A stretch of DNA of 7,732 bases from a virus (Duplodnaviria > Heunggongvirae > Uroviricota > Caudoviricetes). Shown piece by piece: positions 1 to 5,044 of the stretch. The notes beneath the pieces are model-generated. The model was not told where the DNA came from and did not search any database. It was given only the letters and a program-made list of their open reading frames with translations. Both the position numbers and the translations under genes were made by a program. The stretch lies in IMG/VR virus record IMGVR_UViG_2724679236_000001, positions 1 to 7,732 of that record; one strand, 5' to 3'. Every line of letters starts with the position of its first letter. Within the stretch, counting starts at the first letter, position 1.

Positions 1-25
1 TGCAGTGTTTATTCTGTTGTTTATG

Positions 26-53
26 CCAAAAATAAAGGCCGACTATGCGGCCT
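26..53 (-). terminator. Putative intrinsic terminator directly downstream of the 58..480 gene
   Basis: Plus strand reads aaaaataaa-GGCCG-actatg-CGGCC; on the minus strand this is a 5-6 bp GC stem with a 6-nt loop followed by a U-rich run (UUAUUUUUGG), starting a few nt after the stop codon at 58-60. Confidence 0.45.
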
Positions 54-57
54 GAAA

Positions 58-480
58 TTACTTAACCAATGATGCTGCATATTCAATTAGGAATAACTTA
101 GGTGCAAGCCAAATCTTCAACCATTCGAAATTGAAGGCAATAATTAAAACGCCAATAATTGAGCCAAATATAGGAGCAAATACAGTGCATATATCGTAAT
201 AAAACGAAGATATAAAATACCTATCGTTTGGACATCCATCTAAAGACGTCCATCTCTCGCCATTATTTCTTGCCGTTCTTGCAAAACTAGGAAGTTTCAT
301 GGCCGCAATTAAAAGCAACAACCCAGCCACTTGGAAAAGTGCGCTATGGACAAAACTCCATATTAGCAACTGACGAACAACATCAGGAATCTGTGCTTGA
401 CTAAATGAAACAGCCGCATCTATTCCATTGCTGGCTTTTTGCAGTAGTTCTACGAGAATCTTGTTTGCTTGTTCTTCCAT
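58..480 (-). CDS. Hypothetical membrane protein, 140 aa, in the leftward (PL) early operon
   Basis: Supplied ORF; ATG at 480 preceded by AGGTGA (short spacer); two long hydrophobic segments (ALFQVAGLLLLIAAM, ICTVFAPIFGSIIGVLIIAF) consistent with transmembrane helices; same strand as N and ral. No family recognised. Confidence 0.55.
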   Translation of the reverse strand: MEEQANKILVELLQKASNGIDAAVSFSQAQIPDVVRQLLIWSFVHSALFQVAGLLLLIAAMKLPSFARTARNNGERWTSLDGCPNDRYFISSFYYDICTVFAPIFGSIIGVLIIAFNFEWLKIWLAPKLFLIEYAASLVK

Positions 481-538
481 ATATCACCTTGATTGTAATA
501 AGCATGAAATTATTTACGGACAACAATAAAGGCCACCA

Positions 539-739
539 TCAGGCAGCCTTGTTATTCTGTTTACCAAGTTCTCTGGCAATCATTGCCGTCGTTCGTATTG
601 CCCATTTATCGACATATTTCCCATCCTCCATTACAGGAAACATTTCTTCAGGCTTAACCATGCATTCCGATTGCAGCTTGCATCCATTGCATCGCTTGAA
701 TTGTCCACACCATTGATTCTTATCAATAGTCGTAGTCAT
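539..739 (-). CDS. ral: Ral-like restriction-alleviation protein (66 aa, Cys-rich)
   Basis: 66-aa ORF MTTTIDKNQWCGQFKRCNGCKLQSEC... matches my recollection of lambda Ral in length, sequence and position (leftward of N in the PL operon). Identity is from memory, not from a search. Confidence 0.55.
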   Translation of the reverse strand: MTTTIDKNQWCGQFKRCNGCKLQSECMVKPEEMFPVMEDGKYVDKWAIRTTAMIARELGKQNNKAA

Positions 740-809
740 ACGGATAGTCCTGGTATTGTTCCATCACATCCTGCGGATGCTCTTCGAACTCTTCAAATTC
801 TTCTTCCAT
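723..809 (-). CDS. Tiny acidic ORF (28 aa, MEEEFEEFEEHPQDVMEQYQDYPYDYDY) overlapping the ral start by 17 nt
   Basis: Hand translation of the minus strand; ATG at 809 preceded by GAGGTGAGAT; stop at 723-725. Lambda is annotated with a comparably placed 28-codon ORF upstream of ral, as far as I recall. Below the ORF-track size cutoff. Confidence 0.3.
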   Translation of the reverse strand: MEEEFEEFEEHPQDVMEQYQDYPYDYDY

Positions 810-843
810 ATCTCACCTCAAATAAGTGGTTTGCTGCCTGAGC

Positions 844-993
844 TTATTCTGCTTTGAGCAACTTCATCGCTTCATCAATGCGTGATTGTGTCCCTGCGTT
901 TGGTTCCACTACCTGAAGGCGGCGGGCATCTTCAAGAAGTTTCGCAATCATTTCTTTAAGTGCTTCGTTATCGTTATTCATGGTCATGCTCAT
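844..993 (-). CDS. Small hypothetical ORF (49 aa, MSMTMNNDNEALKEMIAKLLEDARRLQVVEPNAGTQSRIDEAMKLLKAE)
   Basis: Hand translation; starts 31 nt downstream of the N stop on the same strand; predicted helical, charged; weak RBS. No homolog recognised. Confidence 0.3.
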   Translation of the reverse strand: MSMTMNNDNEALKEMIAKLLEDARRLQVVEPNAGTQSRIDEAMKLLKAE

Positions 994-1024
994 GTCGGTT
1001 AGTGCCCTCGTTGGCTGGGTATCG

Positions 1025-1333
1025 TCACCTTGCTGTCAGTTGTTTTGATTTCCGGTAGCCTGCCGCGTAAATGGCTACGTTTGGCAGGCAAATACTTCCA
1101 CTGCATTCGTCGGTATTTTGGTTACGAATGTTGCCGAGTGATATTGCTTTTTCAGAAAGGCTTAAACGCTTTCTCGTGCCTTTCTGAACTGGTTCCTTGC
1201 TGTCTGTTCCGAAGATCGAATCGATGATGTTGCAGATGGAATCACGCTCGATAGCCAGCTTTCTGCGCCGCTCATGACGGCGAGTTTTGGCATTTCCTGC
1301 AAATGTTGATTTTCCGTACACGATTACCGTCAT
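1025..1333 (-). CDS. N: Transcription antitermination protein N, P22 gene 24-like (102 aa)
   Basis: Contains GNAKTRRHERRRKLAIER, the arginine-rich boxB-binding motif of P22 N as I recall it; first gene downstream of PL and nutL. I place the start at ATG 1333 (GAGG 8 nt upstream) rather than the in-frame GTG at 1417 used by the ORF track. Confidence 0.8.
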   Translation of the reverse strand: MTVIVYGKSTFAGNAKTRRHERRRKLAIERDSICNIIDSIFGTDSKEPVQKGTRKRLSLSEKAISLGNIRNQNTDECSGSICLPNVAIYAAGYRKSKQLTAR

Positions 1334-1452
1334 GATGTTTTCCTCATGTGAAATGGCTTTGGTGGTGATGCGCCAGATGTTGATCTTCTGGTTGCTGTCG
1401 TTGCAGCTGCAATTCACATCACCGCCAAACCCATCTCGTTTGGTATCTGTTT

Positions 1453-1487
1453 GCGCTTTGTCAGCGCGCCATCGAAGTTAAAGAGCC
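1453..1487 (-). promoter_or_regulatory. nutL (boxA + boxB), P22-type
   Basis: Minus strand reads GCTCTTTAAC (boxA-like, plus 1477..1486), then GCGCT-GACAA-AGCGC (plus 1453..1467): a 5-bp stem with GACAA pentaloop, matching the P22 boxB as I recall it. Lies in the PL leader upstream of N. Confidence 0.7.
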
Positions 1488-1525
1488 TGCCAGTCTGTTC
1501 CGTTTGGCTGCCAGCGTCCTGCTGA

Positions 1526-1561
1526 TGTGTTTAGTATCACCGCTAGTGGTATGTGTGTCAA
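1526..1561 (-). promoter_or_regulatory. PL promoter (-35 TTGACA, -10 GATACT, 17-bp spacer)
   Basis: Reverse complement of plus 1556..1561 is TTGACA and of 1533..1538 is GATACT; hexamers overlap OL2 and OL1 as in lambda. Confidence 0.8.
1535..1551. promoter_or_regulatory. Operator OL1 (cI/Cro binding site)
   Basis: 17-mer TATCACCGCTAGTGGTA; one central-position difference from the lambda OL1 I remember (TATCACCGCCAGTGGTA). Confidence 0.8.
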
Positions 1562-1575
1562 CACCGCCAGAGATA
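1559..1575. promoter_or_regulatory. Operator OL2
   Basis: 17-mer CAACACCGCCAGAGATA, as in lambda OL2 from memory. Confidence 0.8.
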
Positions 1576-1578
1576 ATT

Positions 1579-1595
1579 TATCACCGCAGATGGTT
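1579..1595. promoter_or_regulatory. Operator OL3
   Basis: 17-mer TATCACCGCAGATGGTT, as in lambda OL3 from memory. Confidence 0.8.
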
Positions 1596-1753
1596 ATCTG
1601 TATGTTTTTTATATGGATTTATTTTTTGCAGGGGTGCATTGTTTGGTAGGTGAGGGATCAGAATTGCACTGTTTAGCAAGTTGTATCTATCAATTTTTCA
1701 ATAAATACAATTGGTTATGGTGTTATTAGGTGTGGGGATCGAGAGGCAAAGAA

Positions 1754-1775
1754 AACCCGGCACTGAGGCCGGGTT
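1754..1775 (-). terminator. Intrinsic terminator ending the cI operon (tImm-like)
   Basis: aaCCCGGC-actgag-GCCGGGtt (stem 1756..1761 / 1768..1773, extendable by two A-T pairs); on the minus strand it is followed by UUUCUUUG and begins 2 nt after the stop of the 1777..2100 gene. Confidence 0.65.
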
Positions 1776-1776
1776 G

Positions 1777-2100
1777 TTATTTATGGAAAAACACTTCAAG
1801 TATTTTGGGGATTGCTGGTATGAGTTGTGAGGATACGACCGCACCTACAACCCATAGAATTATCGAAGTTTTCGCGTCGCTTACGTCTGATTTGGTTGCA
1901 TAATTCGAGCGCATGACAGCCAGGTCGGTTTTCATTTGCTGAACATCTTTTTCGAGTTCTTTCACTCTTTGAAGCACATCATCACCTCCGCCATTGCCGC
2001 CACCATGCCGTGAGTATGCATCATCAGTTGGATAGTGTCCAATTGGGCGAGATATGTTTTGATTTGGACGAAGCTGAGTAACCTTGTTATCTAAACTCAT
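1777..2100 (-). CDS. Hypothetical small membrane protein (107 aa): Gly-rich linker, coiled-coil-like segment, single C-terminal TM helix; distal gene of the cI operon
   Basis: Supplied ORF; ATG at 2100 with AGGA upstream; overlaps the upstream gene by 14 nt; sequence shows HGGGNGGGDD, then VLQRVKELEKDVQQMKTDLAVMRSNY, then hydrophobic IILWVVGAVVSSQLIPAI. Architecture resembles XhlA-like/holin-like small membrane proteins (resemblance only). Confidence 0.6.
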   Translation of the reverse strand: MSLDNKVTQLRPNQNISRPIGHYPTDDAYSRHGGGNGGGDDVLQRVKELEKDVQQMKTDLAVMRSNYATKSDVSDAKTSIILWVVGAVVSSQLIPAIPKILEVFFHK

Positions 2101-2524
2101 CGCGAACTGATCCTGTTATCTTCACGTCAAAAAACGAACTTTTTACATCAATTACTTCGCCTTTCTCAGGATTAACCAGTGATGCTCTAACTTCGAATAT
2201 CCCAGGCTTGATAATTTTCACCCTTGGGAAGTTAATTCTCATAGAAGTTGATACGATGGTTTCTCCATCGTTGGCTTCTGCTACCGTAAAAAACTTATGG
2301 TTGGAGTACAGTTTTGTGTCAATTGGTATCGGTATTTCTTGAGCATTGAAAACCTCAATGCCTATGGAATATTTTTTTGTAGCCTTAAGGCCGATAAAAA
2401 AAGCGCCAAATGACAGATCCACTTCATGGGAGTCTTTATCCATTTCATAGATAAGAACTGGAGTTACGGGGTTGCCTTCATCCATCGCAATCGGAATGAT
2501 ATAAGAAATACGTTCTTTAATCAT
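2087..2524 (-). CDS. Hypothetical protein (145 aa) immediately downstream of cI, in the rexA-equivalent position
   Basis: Supplied ORF; ATG at 2524 is 7 nt after the cI stop on the same strand; region visibly more AT-rich than cI; no recognisable motif. Confidence 0.6.
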   Translation of the reverse strand: MIKERISYIIPIAMDEGNPVTPVLIYEMDKDSHEVDLSFGAFFIGLKATKKYSIGIEVFNAQEIPIPIDTKLYSNHKFFTVAEANDGETIVSTSMRINFPRVKIIKPGIFEVRASLVNPEKGEVIDVKSSFFDVKITGSVRDEFR

Positions 2525-2531
2525 TTACGTG

Positions 2532-3248
<717 letters not shown>

Positions 3249-3251
3249 TTA

Positions 3252-3280
3252 AATCTATCACCGCAAGGGATAAATATCTA
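3252..3280 (-). promoter_or_regulatory. PRM promoter (-35 TAGATA, -10 TAGATT on minus strand)
   Basis: Reverse complement of plus 3275..3280 is TAGATA and of 3252..3257 is TAGATT, 17-bp spacer; cI ATG at 3245 sits at the expected leaderless start. Confidence 0.8.
3256..3272. promoter_or_regulatory. Operator OR3
   Basis: 17-mer TATCACCGCAAGGGATA, as in lambda OR3 from memory. Confidence 0.85.
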
Positions 3281-3295
3281 ACACCGTGCGTGTTG
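3279..3295. promoter_or_regulatory. Operator OR2
   Basis: 17-mer TAACACCGTGCGTGTTG, as in lambda OR2 from memory. Confidence 0.85.
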
Positions 3296-3321
3296 ACTAT
3301 TTTACCTCTAGCGGTGATAAT
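3293..3321 (+). promoter_or_regulatory. PR promoter (-35 TTGACT 3293..3298, -10 GATAAT 3316..3321)
   Basis: Canonical hexamers with 17-bp spacer overlapping OR2/OR1; cro follows with AGGAGG RBS. Confidence 0.85.
3303..3319. promoter_or_regulatory. Operator OR1
   Basis: 17-mer TACCTCTAGCGGTGATA; one central-position difference from the lambda OR1 I remember (TACCTCTGGCGGTGATA). Confidence 0.85.
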
Positions 3322-3336
3322 AATTGCATGTACTAA

Positions 3337-3546
<210 letters not shown>

Positions 3547-3553
3547 GTAACAC

Positions 3554-3588
3554 CGCTCTTTATCAATCTGCACCGCCGACAACGCGGT
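3554..3588 (+). promoter_or_regulatory. nutR (boxA CGCTCTTTA + boxB hairpin with GACAA-containing loop), P22-type
   Basis: CGCTCTTTA at 3554..3562; ACCGC-CGACAAC-GCGGT at 3572..3588 (5-bp stem). Shares the GACAA loop core with nutL, consistent with the N arginine-rich motif. Not lambda-type from memory. Confidence 0.65.
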
Positions 3589-3599
3589 AACTAATTAAT

Positions 3600-3633
3600 C
3601 ACTCATCGAAAGATGAGTGTTAGTGATTATTTA
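3600..3633 (+). terminator. Stem-loop with GAAA tetraloop followed by T-rich tract (tR1-position terminator or attenuator candidate)
   Basis: CACTCATC-GAAA-GATGAGTG (3600..3619), perfect 8-bp stem, then TTAGTGATTATTTA. Alternative pairing of TAATCAC (3594..3600) with GTGATTA (3623..3629) is possible. Confidence 0.4.
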
Positions 3634-3639
3634 CCTATG

Positions 3640-3676
3640 GAAATAGTAAGAAATGGAACAAACAAGTTACAGCAAA
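3640..3676 (-). promoter_or_regulatory. Candidate PRE-like CII-activated promoter (TTGC-N6-TTGT repeat plus -10-like TACTAT)
   Basis: Minus strand reads TTGC-TGTAAC-TTGT across plus 3662..3675, inside the 5' end of the cII-like gene as in lambda; TACTAT on the minus strand at plus 3643..3648. One repeat is imperfect. Confidence 0.3.
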
Positions 3677-3952
3677 CTATCACAGCGCGACGTTGATCGC
3701 GCAGAAACAGATTTACTCATCAACCTGTCAACGCTTACCCAGCGCGGTCTGGCAAAGATGATTGGCTGTCATGAATCGAAGATAAGCAGAACGGACTGGA
3801 GATTTATTGCTTCGGTCCTGTGTGCTTTCGGAATGGCATCAGACATCAGTCCGATTAGCAGGGCTTTTAAGTATGCGCTTGATGGAATCACCAATAAAAA
3901 ACGCCCGGTGTGCAAGACCGAGCGTTCTGATCAAATACAAATGGAATTTTAA
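3653..3952 (+). CDS. cII: CII-family transcriptional activator (99 aa)
   Basis: C-terminus ITNKKRPVCKTERSDQIQMEF closely matches the lambda CII C-terminus as I recall it (ILTNKKRPAATERSEQIQMEF); the N-terminal HTH region is divergent; position after cro/nutR is canonical. Confidence 0.75.
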   Translation: MEQTSYSKLSQRDVDRAETDLLINLSTLTQRGLAKMIGCHESKISRTDWRFIASVLCAFGMASDISPISRAFKYALDGITNKKRPVCKTERSDQIQMEF

Positions 3953-3974
3953 CAACATCCAACGAGGTAATTAT

Positions 3975-4118
3975 ATGCGAAAAACGCAGGAAAATAAACG
4001 CGTTAATCACCGAAAAGATGTGCTACGTGACCAGTTTTATCAGGGGGTTAATCCAGCAATAGCTGTGCCACTGAGAGAGATACTTAACAGGTACAAAACT
4101 TCGGAGAAGTCAAAATGA
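3975..4118 (+). CDS. Small basic ORF (47 aa, MRKTQENKRVNHRKDVLRDQFYQGVNPAIAVPLREILNRYKTSEKSK) coupled to the replication initiator
   Basis: ATG at 3975 with GAGG 7 nt upstream; stop TGA 4116..4118 overlaps the ATG of the next gene (ATGA). The supplied ORF 3807..4118 is this frame extended back into cII; I take the real start as 3975. Confidence 0.4.
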   Translation: MRKTQENKRVNHRKDVLRDQFYQGVNPAIAVPLREILNRYKTSEKSK

Positions 4119-4933
4119 GCATGAATCTTATGGCTAAGGCCATGAATATAAAGGTTGGCAACCCACTGAGAAAACTGGTTCTGATTAAACTTGCCGATAA
4201 CGCCAATGATAATGGCGAATGCTGGCCTTCATATCAACATGTCGCTGACCAGTGTGAGGTGAGCAGATCGACAGTAAAAAGTCACATTAGGGCACTGGAA
4301 GAGATGGGGCTTTTGAAAAGGGAATTCAGAAGAAAAGGAGAGCTTAACCAGTCAAATGTTTTTTATCTGACATTGGATAATGCACAACAAATCCAACCAG
4401 AATCAGGTGGGGCAGGAGCTGCCCGGGGTGGGGCAGGAGCTGCCCGGGGTGGGGCAGGAGCTGCCCGGGGTGGGGCAGGAGCTGCCCTAGGGGGTGGGGC
4501 AGGAGCTGCCCCCAGAACCTATCACTCTTTTGAACCAGTCAATGAACCTAAAAACATTATGTTCGAACATGTCCGAACAGAGTGTGAAAAAACTCCTGAC
4601 CGTCACGAAGAAACCGACAAGGCATTCGAGGAAATATTCTGGTGTGCAGGCATGCGGAAAGCCGGGAAGAAAAACGCAGCTTCGGCATTCAGAACACAGT
4701 TCAGGGAATGGCGTAAAACTACCAGGGGTACGGCAAGCGAGTTTGCCACGATGCTGGCAGAAGACATCGCATGCAGGAGTGGTAAGCAGTTCGGATTCGA
4801 CAGGTTGTTACCATCTAGCTACCTGAACGGTCAACGCTGGAACGACGAGAAGCCAGAAACTATTCAACCACAATCCAAACCATCATCCGCAATCACCGTA
4901 TCGAAAACTGGCTACGTGTTTTTCGACAGGTGA
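4115..4933 (+). CDS. Replication initiator, O-like (272 aa): N-terminal winged-HTH (HTH_36-like) domain, iteron-encoded Gly/Ala-rich linker, C-terminal domain
   Basis: GGAG RBS 8 nt upstream; N-terminal LRKLVLIKLADNANDNGECWPSYQHVADQCEVSRSTVKSHIRALEEMGLL has the pattern of phage/plasmid replication-initiator HTH domains; internal tandem repeats as in lambda O; precedes a helicase gene. Not lambda O at sequence level. Confidence 0.75.
   Translation: MSMNLMAKAMNIKVGNPLRKLVLIKLADNANDNGECWPSYQHVADQCEVSRSTVKSHIRALEEMGLLKREFRRKGELNQSNVFYLTLDNAQQIQPESGGAGAARGGAGAARGGAGAARGGAGAALGGGAGAAPRTYHSFEPVNEPKNIMFEHVRTECEKTPDRHEETDKAFEEIFWCAGMRKAGKKNAASAFRTQFREWRKTTRGTASEFATMLAEDIACRSGKQFGFDRLLPSSYLNGQRWNDEKPETIQPQSKPSSAITVSKTGYVFFDR
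4406..4513. repeat. Five tandem 21-bp iterons (GGTGGGGCAGGAGCTGCCCGG) inside the initiator gene: candidate origin of replication
   Basis: Units at 4406, 4427, 4448 and 4469, with a fifth at 4493 after a 3-bp insertion; first three identical, last two with 2-bp end changes. Each unit contains the dyad GGGCAG-gag-CTGCCC; in frame the array encodes GGAGAAR repeats; an AT-rich stretch follows (about 4530..4600). Confidence 0.7.
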
Positions 4934-4936
4934 ACC

Positions 4937-5044
4937 ATGAAATCCAGAATCAAATCGTTACTTATCGCTGGCTATAACCATGGCTGGCTTAGTTCTGCAT
5001 TCGTTGAGTTCTGGTTTAACCGTCTCGATCTGAGGTCAGCGTAA
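4937..5044 (+). CDS. Possible small ORF (35 aa, MKSRIKSLLIAGYNHGWLSSAFVEFWFNRLDLRSA) between initiator and helicase
   Basis: ATG 4 nt after the initiator stop; its TAA stop overlaps the ATG of the primase-helicase (TAATG). No homolog recognised; could be chance. Confidence 0.2.
   Translation: MKSRIKSLLIAGYNHGWLSSAFVEFWFNRLDLRSA

Noticed and set aside
405-716. Plus-strand ORF of 103 aa
   Set aside because: Antisense to and overlapping the 140-aa and ral genes; no RBS; low-complexity read-through typical of a shadow ORF.
1334-1417. N-terminal extension of N to the GTG at 1417 (130-aa version)
   Set aside because: The extension would place nutL and the leader inside the coding region and lacks an RBS; the ATG at 1333 has a GAGG RBS and places the arginine-rich motif near the N-terminus as in known N proteins.
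1030-1481. Plus-strand ORFs of 65 and 64 aa (1030..1227, 1287..1481)
   Set aside because: Antisense to the N gene and its leader/nutL; no RBS; N is well supported on the opposite strand.
1613-1729. 38-codon plus-strand ORF in the AT-rich region between OL3 and the cI-operon terminator
   Set aside because: No RBS, Cys/Trp-rich and AT-biased; most likely non-coding intergenic sequence.
3807-3974. Upstream part of supplied ORF 3807..4118 overlapping cII
   Set aside because: Overlaps cII out of frame; the RBS-supported ATG at 3975 gives a 47-aa ORF, which I kept at low confidence.
4406-4513. Tandem repeat array considered as a CRISPR array
   Set aside because: Repeats are directly contiguous with no spacers, lie in frame within a coding gene, and no leader or cas genes are present; iterons fit better.
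4494-4826. Plus-strand ORF of 110 aa in an alternative frame of the initiator gene
   Set aside because: Completely internal to the initiator in another frame; no RBS.
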